A model generated the notes under the pieces. That model ran no database searches. It worked only from the letters and a program-made list of their open reading frames with translations, and was not told where the DNA came from. The position numbers were made by a program, and so were the translations under genes. A stretch of DNA of 64,000 bases from Nitrospiraceae bacterium (GTDB lineage Bacteria; Nitrospirota; Nitrospiria; Nitrospirales; Nitrospiraceae), in the NCBI GenBank assembly GCA_050246315.1, contig JBFWWG010000004.1, positions 1 through 64,000 of the forward strand, read 5' to 3'. Positions within the stretch are counted from its first letter, which is position 1. Every line of letters starts with the position of its first letter. Below, piece by piece: positions 51,306-60,336 of the stretch.

Positions 51306-51898
51306 GGCTTCAGCACCTGATCCGTGATCGAATGCTGGGGATCGCCGAAGAGGGCGAACATATCCTCTTGCTTGTCGGTCTTGTGCCCGGCCAGCGTTTC
51401 GATGATGGCTTTGGTGGAGAGCCGTTCGTGGATGAACAGCGGCAAGGTCGGGACATCGAACGAGAGCCGTTCGGCCTTGCCTGCCCAATTGAGAAACGGC
51501 TTACTGAGGGCTTTCAGCTTGCGTAACGTCTCGTCCGCTTCGCGGAGAAGTTTGGCTGACTCACCCTCACCCTCGCCCTCTCCCTTGAAGGGAGAGGGGA
51601 CAGGTGGGACACTCTCTCCCGCAGAGGGAGAGGAGGCCATCGAGGCTCGCAGATCGGCAATCTTGGTTTCCAGGCTGGCGATCAGTGCCTCACCCTGCTC
51701 GCGGGCGGGATTCGTGGCGTCCCAATCGAGCGCGGGCGAGAGCGACGAATCATAGCGGTAGGTCTTCGGCGGTTTCTTCTTTTTGAACTGCGCCTGCGTG
51801 CCGACCTCCGGCCGCATGAGGCTCTTGGCGTCGGGGTGCTGATAGGGCGCCGTCGCTTTGTTCTTAACAGCAGGCTTGCGTGGGGAACGTTTCGCCAC
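51302..51898 (-). pseudogene. N-terminal fragment of the type III-like DNA methyltransferase (mod)
   Basis: RPEVGTQAQF, YRYDSSLSPALDWD and PFLNWAGKAER.SFDVPTLPLFIHERLST. Stops before any DPPY/FxGxG motif. Confidence 0.8.
51560..51633. repeat. Pair of CCCTCTCCC...GGGAGAGG REP-like palindromes inserted in frame in the mod fragment
   Basis: Same family as the repeats at 21625/21835; translated as SSPSAGESVPPVPSPFKGEGEGEGES. Confidence 0.75.
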
Positions 51899-51916
51899 CG
51901 AATCGCTCCAGCTTAG

Positions 51917-52117
51917 CAGGGTGTTGAAAACGTCCGCCAGCTTTGTTCTCGCATCGCTCAGAGGCTCAACGTACCGAAAAGCGTACGCTTCGCCTCCTCA
52001 CTCGCTGCGGCCGCGCTGGACGGCCTTTTTGAACACCCTGGGTGGTATTCCGACATCATCCGAGATCGCGTTGCATGGTCCTTTTCGAGAGCGCTCACCA
52101 TGTTTTTCAACAGCCTG
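51917..52117. mobile_element. MITE, end type A
   Basis: CAGGGTGTTGAAAA ... TTTTTCAACAGCCTG with TTAG duplication (51913-6 and 52118-21). Internal second right end TTTTTGAACACCCTG ending 52040. Confidence 0.88.
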
Positions 52118-52280
52118 TTAGAGGAAACACGTGTCGGCGGCAAAGTAAAGCAGAACCGGTTCAAAAGGTCCAGCGCTACTGCCGATCCCGGGCTTGCGGA
52201 GTGGGGAACCGGATCGAGAGTCCGGTTTGCGCCGATGAAACCGGTTTGTTATAGTCCGCGGATCACGGAGGGAGGACTCG

Positions 52281-52535
52281 ATGGGAATGGCCCCGGAGTA
52301 TATCGTGGTAGAAGGGCAGGAGTTCAGCAAGGCCAAGCTGACCTTGGACAGCCACGTCTATAAGAACTGCACGCTCGACGATTGCGACATCTACTACTGC
52401 GGCGGCGCCTATGAGTTGATCGACACGCGCGTGACCAATTGCCGCCTGATCCTGAATCACCCCGCCAAAGGCATGTACGCGGCTATTCAGATTTTCAAGA
52501 TGAAGTCCCCCGGTTCGACGATCGTCTCCGATTGA
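52281..52535 (+). CDS. Small hypothetical protein
   Basis: SD GGAGG; 84-aa beta-rich ORF (YKNCTLDDCDIYYCGG). Confidence 0.6.
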   Translation: MGMAPEYIVVEGQEFSKAKLTLDSHVYKNCTLDDCDIYYCGGAYELIDTRVTNCRLILNHPAKGMYAAIQIFKMKSPGSTIVSD

Positions 52536-52586
52536 CCACGCCTGTCCGTCCCTATCTTACCGCTGCTTCAACCACGGCGACCGTGG

Positions 52587-53828
52587 TTATTTGTTGATCG
52601 GGACGTTCTCGGCATATTTGGTGATGGGAACGGCTTCAAACGCAGGGTCTTGCGCTCCCTTCGGGGATTCCGCCTCAATGCGCTGAAGAAATGTGCTCGG
52701 CCCGGCCACAGGGGCGTAGTTGAGCGACAGCTCCACGTCGAAGCTCTTGGTATCTTTCGGGGTCGGGAACTCGAAGGTTTCGACCCGCGTTTCCTCCGGC
52801 TTGAGCACGGTATCTTCCGCGACCTTGACCGCTTCGAAATCGAACACCGTGGGCTGGCCCTTGGCATCCAGGTACTTTCTGCCGTACACCCGCCTGTCGC
52901 TGTGAACCGTCCGGAGGTTCTTGCCCTTGATCGCCAAGTCCAGCGCCACGCTCGCCCAGCCCGGGTGGGTGGTCGGCAGGCTGTGAGGCACCAGGCTGTG
53001 GACCTTGACCGTGACCTTGGTCTTGTCTCCCTGCACCTCGCTCGTCACCTCCAGCTTCGCAGCCTCCTGCCGCAGTTTCCCAACTCGTCCGGGGAAGGTG
53101 TGGTTCGCGACCTTCCGCTTGTTCTCTCCGTTGGCGGATTCGCCGAGTTGCTCCGGCATGTGACAGGTCTGGCATTCCTTGCCGGACTTCACCGCCTTGC
53201 TGGTCTCCCACGATCCCAACAGGTCGTTGCTCGTCCCCAAGTTGCCCGCGGTCGGCACGGTCACGTGGCAATTCAAGCAGAGGGCCGACTTGCGGAACAG
53301 GTCCAGGTCCGCGGATTGGTGAGCCAGGTTCGCAGCCGCGTCCTTATACGGCCCATAGAGCGTCTTGCTGCCGAAATCGTACTTCGGCATCGGGGGATGC
53401 GCCGTGCGATCCACCTCTTTAATCAAGTGGCATTGCGCGCAGGCAACCCCATCGATCGAGGGCTCGCCCGATTGCACCTGCTTGATGAAGGATTCGGCGA
53501 GTTCCGGATACTCCTTGATGTGCGGCGCATGGCAGCGCAGGCAGAGGGCCTTGTCCTTTCCGCCCGAGAAGGTCAGATATTGATCGATGGCGGCACGAAA
53601 CGCCGGCGAATGCAGCGAACGGGACATGGGCGAGGTTTCCCATTCTTCATAGACCCGCTCGTGACACCGCTTGCATTTGGCGGCGAGGGGAAAGGCCTTC
53701 TCCAACGGCAATTTGGCCTTGGCCGCCTCCTCCGCCCGGCTTGATTCCAGCGCCAGGCCGAGGAGCAGGACCACGAGTCCAACCGCTCCGACGATCACGC
53801 CCCGTCTCCACATCGTGTTTGCATTCAC
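52587..53828 (-). CDS. Periplasmic pentaheme cytochrome c (c554-like N-terminus)
   Basis: Five CxxCH: CKRCH, CLRCH, CAQCH, CLNCH, CQTCH; signal peptide. Confidence 0.9.
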   Translation of the reverse strand: MNANTMWRRGVIVGAVGLVVLLLGLALESSRAEEAAKAKLPLEKAFPLAAKCKRCHERVYEEWETSPMSRSLHSPAFRAAIDQYLTFSGGKDKALCLRCHAPHIKEYPELAESFIKQVQSGEPSIDGVACAQCHLIKEVDRTAHPPMPKYDFGSKTLYGPYKDAAANLAHQSADLDLFRKSALCLNCHVTVPTAGNLGTSNDLLGSWETSKAVKSGKECQTCHMPEQLGESANGENKRKVANHTFPGRVGKLRQEAAKLEVTSEVQGDKTKVTVKVHSLVPHSLPTTHPGWASVALDLAIKGKNLRTVHSDRRVYGRKYLDAKGQPTVFDFEAVKVAEDTVLKPEETRVETFEFPTPKDTKSFDVELSLNYAPVAGPSTFLQRIEAESPKGAQDPAFEAVPITKYAENVPINK

Positions 53829-53881
53829 AGCAGACCCCCTTCAACCAGCCAGCCGAGGTGCGCGTTCCTGGCAGGACGACG

Positions 53882-55234
53882 CTACAGGGTTTTCACTCGA
53901 TAGGTCAGGACCCGCGGCTGAATGTACTCGTCGATGATGGTCCCGGCTCGCTTCCGCTCCTCATCATTCGGCAGCGTTGCCAGGTACTGATCGCGGAGCG
54001 CCGGCGAGGGTTCGGGGATGAGTTGATAGCTCAGGACAGCTTCGATGGATGCCGGGACCGCCGCGCCTTGCCAGGTGTGTGAGAACGGGACTTTTCTGGT
54101 CGTCCCTCCCTTGATGAAGGGGTCAGGGATCGGCCCCCTGAGAATCTGCTCGTAGGGCAGGCCGAAGCGCTTCTCTTCTGTGGCCAGGACATTCCCTTTC
54201 GCATCCTTGACGGTGATCGTCAGCAGGAACTGCTTGAGAACCGGGTCTCCGTCCGGGAAGCTGTGAGGCAGGCTGCCGACCCTGACGAGCGCCGTGCCGA
54301 CGACGGAGTCGGCTGATTTCGTCGCCTCGATATCGACCCGCGGCATCCATTCCGCTTGCAGGTTTCGGTTCTTGAGCAGCGTCCCCGGAATGACCACCCC
54401 GCGAAACCAGTGACGTCCGATCTGCCGCGTGAGCGAACCGCGTTTGGAGGTGGAACTGCCGGTGGAGGGCTCCATATGGCAATCCTGACAGATGGTCCCC
54501 TGCAGGATCTCGCCCGGAAGGTCCCGCTTCGTGACGTCCTTCACCTTGTCGAAGTGGCAGGACGCGCAGAAATTGGCGCCGCGATACAAGTCGGACTGTT
54601 CGGCCGTATGGACCAGGTTCTCCTCCGGATCACTGTAGGGTCCATAGAGCGTGGCTCCGGGTTTGAGCCTGAAGGTCGGCGGGGATCCGCCATTGGGCTC
54701 GATGGCATGGATCAGGTGACAGGAGGCGCATCCGATGCCCTCCACCGTCACCTTTCCGTTCAGCACCTGGTCGGCGATTTTTCCCGCATATTGCGGATAG
54801 ACGGTCGCGGCCGGCACGTGACAGGAGAGACACTTGGCCTGCTGTTCCGCGGTTGGTTTCGTCTGCATCCACAGGCCGAGGACGGTCTTGAAAACCGGCG
54901 ACTCCAGCGCGGTCCCGTGGAGCAGCGCCGCGTCCACCCGCCCGAAGGTCTTGAGGTCGGGCGTCTGCTCGCGCATGCCTTTCCATTCTTCGTAATGGCG
55001 GTCATGGCACTGCTTGCAATCCTCCGACCGAATGAAGGTCTTCTCGATTTCAGCGACCCATCCTTCCACTCCATCGGAGGATGCCTGGCCGCCCGGCTTG
55101 TCCGCACCGGCTCCGGTTGGCTCGTCCGCTTTCTGCGCACCCGCCCCATCGTAGAGTGCAACTGCCGCGACGAGACTCGCGACCAGGCACAGGCTGCCTG
55201 CCTTGATCCATCGCCACCTCCGCAACGTCGTCAT
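53882..55234 (-). CDS. Periplasmic pentaheme cytochrome c (paralogue of the neighbour)
   Basis: Five CxxCH: CKQCH, CLSCH, CASCH, CASCH, CQDCH; shares LYGPY and PHS.P with the adjacent gene. Confidence 0.9.
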   Translation of the reverse strand: MTTLRRWRWIKAGSLCLVASLVAAVALYDGAGAQKADEPTGAGADKPGGQASSDGVEGWVAEIEKTFIRSEDCKQCHDRHYEEWKGMREQTPDLKTFGRVDAALLHGTALESPVFKTVLGLWMQTKPTAEQQAKCLSCHVPAATVYPQYAGKIADQVLNGKVTVEGIGCASCHLIHAIEPNGGSPPTFRLKPGATLYGPYSDPEENLVHTAEQSDLYRGANFCASCHFDKVKDVTKRDLPGEILQGTICQDCHMEPSTGSSTSKRGSLTRQIGRHWFRGVVIPGTLLKNRNLQAEWMPRVDIEATKSADSVVGTALVRVGSLPHSFPDGDPVLKQFLLTITVKDAKGNVLATEEKRFGLPYEQILRGPIPDPFIKGGTTRKVPFSHTWQGAAVPASIEAVLSYQLIPEPSPALRDQYLATLPNDEERKRAGTIIDEYIQPRVLTYRVKTL

Positions 55235-55252
55235 GCCGCCCTCATGGTCGGA

Positions 55253-55744
55253 TCAATCCTTCAGAATGCGCACGAAATGAAAATTCACGCCCCAGCCCAC
55301 CGGATCTCCCGGATCGGCGGTCTCGTAGGTGCCGACCGTGAAATTCTCTGTCTTCATGGCCCGCTGGAGCGCACAGCCGAAATCACTCATGGTTTTGATG
55401 TCGATCTTGTCGATTTCTTTGACGACCCCGCCGACCTTGATCCCAGCCAGATCCGCAGGGGTGCCGCCGATCACCTCGAACACCACCACCCCTTCGGGCC
55501 GCTGCAACTTGAGCTGTTTTTGAATCTCCTCGTCCACGGGCCCGACAGCGATCCCGAACTGTTCGCCCAAGGCGGCCGCTTCCTCTTCCTTCATCTCGCA
55601 GCCCTTGATGGAGGCTTGAGCGAAGGCATCGGGTCGGACCCCCAATACCGTCCAGAGCAAGACTCCGGCAACAAAAAAAGCCCGACCGGACGGCAGGGCT
55701 TCTTGACTGGCAGCCTTACCAGGAACGCTCGGCACTAGTTCCAT
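55253..55744 (-). CDS. Exported PDZ-domain protein
   Basis: FGIAV...EGVVVFEVIGGTPADLAGIKVG..V.EID. Confidence 0.8.
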   Translation of the reverse strand: MELVPSVPGKAASQEALPSGRAFFVAGVLLWTVLGVRPDAFAQASIKGCEMKEEEAAALGEQFGIAVGPVDEEIQKQLKLQRPEGVVVFEVIGGTPADLAGIKVGGVVKEIDKIDIKTMSDFGCALQRAMKTENFTVGTYETADPGDPVGWGVNFHFVRILKD

Positions 55745-55821
55745 CCTTTTCTTCGTCGTCTCGCCCTCTCACTCACTCTCCCGGCAGGCCGCATCAACTC
55801 ACTCCGTCCGGTCGAACCGGC

Positions 55822-56646
55822 TCAGACGGTCGGATCGATCGAGAGCAGAAACCAGGGCGCCACGGCCTTCTGACCGTTTCGTTCCTTGTTCTCTCCGTTC
55901 CAGACCGCAAACGAGATCGTCTGGACCCGTCCCGGCACCAGCTTGGCTTCGTTTTCCTGATCGGTGGAAACCAGCGGACGCCTCATCACCACGCGCCACA
56001 CGCCGTCCTTCCAGATCGCCTTGCCTTGAATGCGCCCCTGGCTCTGTTTGCTGGTCAAGGTGCTAAATCCTCCTCCGACCAAATCCTCCACCGAAGAGGC
56101 GCGCCGGGGAATCACCTCGAACGTCCGCACGCCGCCTTTCTGTCGCTCGCCGGCCTTGGCCGCCCGACGATCGACGTCGCTCTGCCAATCCGCTTTCCAG
56201 TGCCAGATATTGATGTAGTGATCAAGCTGACCCATGCAGAAAAAGGCCGGGGCATCTCCCAGCGGTAAGCCGATCGCCACCCCGTCTCGGAATGTCCCCG
56301 GTGTGAGGCGATCATTTTTCGTGTTGTCCTGCCATTCCAGCAGAAAGGCAATATCGCTGCCGTTGTGCACGGACCGAACCGCCAGCGCGCGCGCCGTGGG
56401 CTCCGGCCACACGGGCCTGGTTACCACCTGCCCGCTCAGCGGAAGCGTCATGACCGGGATGGCTTCCCAGGCCGCATCATCGGGACTGCTGGGGACCTCG
56501 CCCGTGACCAACTTGGCGCGGATGACCATGCCTTCCGAGCCGACCAACGGGACACCCAACCACCCAAGGACTATCGCGCAGAGAAGACACGAGAGGAGGA
56601 TCGAGGCAGGAACACGGAGCGATCGACGAGATGGAGGTAATGGCAC
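55822..56646 (-). CDS. EbdC/NxrC-like heme b subunit (ethylbenzene dehydrogenase gamma family); start approximate
   Basis: SVHNGSDIAFLLEWQD, FRDGVAI, CMGQ (Met ligand), INIWHWKA and FAVWNG..KERNGQK (Lys ligand). Confidence 0.85.
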   Translation of the reverse strand: MPLPPSRRSLRVPASILLSCLLCAIVLGWLGVPLVGSEGMVIRAKLVTGEVPSSPDDAAWEAIPVMTLPLSGQVVTRPVWPEPTARALAVRSVHNGSDIAFLLEWQDNTKNDRLTPGTFRDGVAIGLPLGDAPAFFCMGQLDHYINIWHWKADWQSDVDRRAAKAGERQKGGVRTFEVIPRRASSVEDLVGGGFSTLTSKQSQGRIQGKAIWKDGVWRVVMRRPLVSTDQENEAKLVPGRVQTISFAVWNGENKERNGQKAVAPWFLLSIDPTV

Positions 56647-56733
56647 CGGATCTGACCTTTCACGATGGTACGCCCCACACATTCGCTCACAATCGCGTAC
56701 CAAACTGGTGCGCTGTCATCTGTCTGAGGCCGG

Positions 56734-58029
56734 TTACCAGAGCCGGACTCGCCGGACCCGATTCTCTCCCCGCTCGCACACATAGAGATGACCATGGCGA
56801 TCCAATGCCAGGCCGACGGGGGAATTGACCACCGCCTCGGTCGCGACCGGAGCTTCGCCGATCTTGGCCTGAAGCACATCGTCTTTGGCCACGAAGCGGG
56901 CCGCGCCGCAGCCGCCCATGTGCTTGTCCTCGTAGCCGCTGTCCCCATTTCCCGCGATCGTGGCGATCATCCCTGTTTGGGCATCGACCTTGCGGACGCG
57001 GTGATTCATGGTGTCGGAGATATAGAGATGGCCCTGCTGATCGAACGTGACCGCTTCCGGTGCATGGAGCATGGCCTTGACGGCCGGTTTTCCGTCTCCG
57101 TCAAAACCGTAAAAGCACTTGCCGGCCGCCGTCGAGATGGTCCCCGTATGGCGATCGATCTTCCGGACACGGTTGCTGCCCTTGTCCACGACGTAGACAT
57201 GGCCATCCGGCCCCACCGCGATGCCGACCAGATCGTATAGCCGAGACTCCAGGGCCGGCTTCCCGTCGTCCAGGTACAAGGACAGGTCAACGCCCTCGGC
57301 GCACCCGGGGCGTAGCCATTCATCATCACCCGTAAAGTCGATACCGATCGCGTCGCCGGATAGCACGACCAGATTCTTGGCCACCAACGGCTGCTCGCGC
57401 TCATCGTCATCGCTCGTCCAGAAACCGGCGATGGTCTCAATGAGCCCGCGTTTCATATCGAACCGCCGCACGCGATGGGCTTGGGTGTCGGCGATGTACA
57501 TGACGTCGTCTCGGTCGATCGCGATGGCGGCGGGGTAGGTCAAATTGACTTCGAGGGCGGGACCGTCTCCGTTGAAGCCGAACTGCCCGGTGCCGGCCAC
57601 CGTGGTGATGACGCCGGTTTCCGCATCGATCCTCCGAATCCGATTGCTGCCGCTGTCGCAGACGTACAGATTGTTTTGTGAATCGACAGCCACATCCAGC
57701 GGAAGGTACAGACCCGCCTCACCGCAGGGTCCCTCGTCGCCGCTGTAGCAGGTTTCGCCGATCCCGGCAAAGTTGTGCAACGTCCCTTCGCGGAGATTGA
57801 CCCGGCGGATTCGATCCGACCCGGACTCGGCAATGTAGAGCCACGTCTCGTCACGATCAAGCGTGACATGATGCGGCAGCGGAATACCGGCCTTGACGGC
57901 TAATTTGCCGTCGCCCGTGCTCCGCGCCTTACCGTTACCTGCAAACCGCTCGATGCATCCGACCGGCAACTGGACCTGGGTTTCCATGACGAAGGGTTCC
58001 TTCTCGCGCGTCGGCTCAACCTGTGACAA
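56734..58029 (-). CDS. NHL-repeat beta-propeller protein
   Basis: Repeated LYIA(D/E)..xNRIR.ID..G.I.T.AG.G units. Confidence 0.9.
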   Translation of the reverse strand: MSQVEPTREKEPFVMETQVQLPVGCIERFAGNGKARSTGDGKLAVKAGIPLPHHVTLDRDETWLYIAESGSDRIRRVNLREGTLHNFAGIGETCYSGDEGPCGEAGLYLPLDVAVDSQNNLYVCDSGSNRIRRIDAETGVITTVAGTGQFGFNGDGPALEVNLTYPAAIAIDRDDVMYIADTQAHRVRRFDMKRGLIETIAGFWTSDDDEREQPLVAKNLVVLSGDAIGIDFTGDDEWLRPGCAEGVDLSLYLDDGKPALESRLYDLVGIAVGPDGHVYVVDKGSNRVRKIDRHTGTISTAAGKCFYGFDGDGKPAVKAMLHAPEAVTFDQQGHLYISDTMNHRVRKVDAQTGMIATIAGNGDSGYEDKHMGGCGAARFVAKDDVLQAKIGEAPVATEAVVNSPVGLALDRHGHLYVCERGENRVRRVRLW

Positions 58030-58032
58030 TCG

Positions 58033-58320
58033 TTACGCCCGCGGGGCCTGTGGTGCCGGGGTCCCCTGGACCTCCGCCACCGTCGCACCGGCCGGTTGGG
58101 CAGGCGCCTGTTGCGGCACTGACGTCGCCTGTGTCTGTTGGGCCGCCGCGATTTGCTGAGCCTCGGCCTCAATGGCCTCCGCCTCATGCACCGACTTCTT
58201 GAACCCCTTGATGGCTTTGCCCAACCCTTCGCCGAGCTGCGGCAATTTGCCTGCCCCGAAGATGATGAGCACGATCACCAGGATGAGAATGAGCTCTGTG
58301 AATCCCAGACTTCCAAACAT
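58033..58320 (-). CDS. tatA: Twin-arginine translocase subunit TatA
   Basis: [43 protein letters not shown]. Confidence 0.95.
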   Translation of the reverse strand: MFGSLGFTELILILVIVLIIFGAGKLPQLGEGLGKAIKGFKKSVHEAEAIEAEAQQIAAAQQTQATSVPQQAPAQPAGATVAEVQGTPAPQAPRA

Positions 58321-58351
58321 GGTCGGGGTACTCCTTCGCTAGGGTGTATCG

Positions 58352-59164
58352 TTACGGTGCGCTCGCTTCCCGGGCTCGTTTCGAGAACCGCTCCTTCAGA
58401 CGCTTCCTGGCTTCCTCGGCTTGTTCGAACATCTTACACTTATCATAGACGTTGATCAGATTGTAGTGGGCCAGCGGCTCATCGGGATTGTGCTCGACCG
58501 CGCTCTCCATCACCCGGATCGCCAGATCGACTTTGTTGTGCACCAGTGCGACTTCCATGAGCTTGAAGCTTGATTCCAAATGCTTCGGATCGAGCTCGAG
58601 TGTCCGCATGTAGCACTGCATCGCCATGTCGATCGTGTTGTAATCCGACACCTGAGGATTGTCGAGCTCGACATACACCCCCGCCAGGTTGTACCAGGCG
58701 ATCGGGTCTTCCGGCGTGATCTCCACCAACCGCTCGAAATGCTCCTTGGCCTGGAGGAAGTTCTTCCGATCGGCGAACAGCCGCCCGAGGTTGAACAAAC
58801 TCAACACATCGCCCGAGTACACGGTCAAGGCCTGCTTGAACTGCGCCTCCGCTTCATCCACCATGCCTTTGGTGGCATAGATCGTCCCTAAATTGGAATA
58901 GTACATCGCCAGCGACCGGTTCATTTCCGACCGTAGGCCCTCGGCCATATCGATCGCTTTCTTGACTTCGGTCAGGGCGTCATCCAATCGACCTTTGCTG
59001 AAATACAACTCCCCCAGCCGGCAGCGGGCCTGAAAGTCTTCCGGCTCCTCCGCCAGCAATTTCTCAAGTTCGGCGATTTCCTCGTCCGGCGAGAGCGGGT
59101 GTTCTTCGGACGCCACGCCGGCACCGCCTGACTCTGGAGATGGTGATGTGGTCTGCTGTTCCAT
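58352..59164 (-). CDS. TPR-repeat protein
   Basis: Multiple YSNLG/FNLG/WYNLA TPR motifs. Confidence 0.9.
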   Translation of the reverse strand: MEQQTTSPSPESGGAGVASEEHPLSPDEEIAELEKLLAEEPEDFQARCRLGELYFSKGRLDDALTEVKKAIDMAEGLRSEMNRSLAMYYSNLGTIYATKGMVDEAEAQFKQALTVYSGDVLSLFNLGRLFADRKNFLQAKEHFERLVEITPEDPIAWYNLAGVYVELDNPQVSDYNTIDMAMQCYMRTLELDPKHLESSFKLMEVALVHNKVDLAIRVMESAVEHNPDEPLAHYNLINVYDKCKMFEQAEEARKRLKERFSKRAREASAP

Positions 59165-59181
59165 AGTGCTCCTGTTCCTCT

Positions 59182-60312
59182 CTATGAATGACTCCCAACC
59201 AACGGGGTCGATGACGGTACAAGCGACTCCTGCGTCGCGGCTTTCGGATCGGCCGTCGCCAACTTCAACCGGTCCAAGCCCAGAAGGATGAGGCCGAGCA
59301 CCACCATGAGGGTCAAATGTGACAACTGCAAGGCATAGCCAGCGGTAAACATCAATCCGATCCCATAGCCGGCCAACCGACCCATGCGGACGAGTTTAAT
59401 CACGGTATAGGACCAGCACAACAGACCGACCAGATACAACGCAAACGGCAGGTAGAAGGTATAGCCCATCCCCATTTGGAAAATCCAACTGATCCCTTCC
59501 CCGGCTTTCCGCATCCGAAAGGCCGCCTCCGGATCATAAGCGCCGAGCAGGAAATCGATGAAAAAGAGTGCGAGGAAGATGCTGCCGCCCACGACACTGA
59601 ACCAGAGCACTCGGCGACGCTGCCGGCGATTTCGGCTCCAGAACCCCTCCGCACCGAATGCGACGAAGCTCAACATGCTGGCCAGCACCATCAAGGCTTC
59701 CCCCGCCCGGCTGATCTCATGCACGAATGGAACGGGAGTGGCGATCCCCAGGAGGCCATAGGTCGTGGACATGACTTGGAAATAGAGCCAGCCGGAAATT
59801 CCAAGGAAAAAGGTCAGTGCGAACATCCGCTGGCTCCACGTCGGATGAGTCCGGAGATAATGGATCACCAGCAGCGCGATCGCCAGAAACGCGATCGCAT
59901 TGTAGGCCACGGACGCCAGCATGCCCATCTCGACCTGGGCGATCACCAAGACCACGTAGGCCAGCGTCAACAGCAACAGCAGCGCCACAGGCGGCCAGAT
60001 GATCCGCTCGGACCAGGCGGCGGTGGCGGCGTGGGCGGCGCGCATCAACAGGAGCCCCAACGCGAGGAAGACCAGAAGCGCCACCACGTTCAAGAGGACG
60101 AAGCCGACCGAAGCCAGTCCCTTAAAGAGCCATCGCACCGCCTCGTGTTCCTGGGCGACTTTGCTGAAATGCATGCCGAGACGGGACGTGAGCCGATAGA
60201 GAATCAGCTCCAAAAGGCCGGCGACCAGGGTGAGCTTGATCGTGTACTCGAACAGCAGCCCCTGCTCGGCGACCCGACCGATCGTCCTCTCGGCGGCCAT
60301 CGGGGTCGTCAT
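59182..60312 (-). CDS. Polytopic membrane protein of unknown function
   Basis: About ten hydrophobic segments; within the co-oriented cluster. Confidence 0.75.
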   Translation of the reverse strand: MTTPMAAERTIGRVAEQGLLFEYTIKLTLVAGLLELILYRLTSRLGMHFSKVAQEHEAVRWLFKGLASVGFVLLNVVALLVFLALGLLLMRAAHAATAAWSERIIWPPVALLLLLTLAYVVLVIAQVEMGMLASVAYNAIAFLAIALLVIHYLRTHPTWSQRMFALTFFLGISGWLYFQVMSTTYGLLGIATPVPFVHEISRAGEALMVLASMLSFVAFGAEGFWSRNRRQRRRVLWFSVVGGSIFLALFFIDFLLGAYDPEAAFRMRKAGEGISWIFQMGMGYTFYLPFALYLVGLLCWSYTVIKLVRMGRLAGYGIGLMFTAGYALQLSHLTLMVVLGLILLGLDRLKLATADPKAATQESLVPSSTPLVGSHS

Positions 60313-60336
60313 GAATTCACCCTCGCTCCGCACCCG

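Noticed and set aside
50361..51488. 375-aa version of the HNH ORF, or a Mod-HNH fusion
   Set aside because: The upstream extension is an alternative frame of the mod fragment. The family-like start is MKFWIG at 51305, in a different frame from Mod, so there is no fusion without frameshifting.
52587..55234. Hydroxylamine oxidoreductase or octaheme enzyme call
   Set aside because: Each protein has only five CxxCH motifs and no CxxCK.
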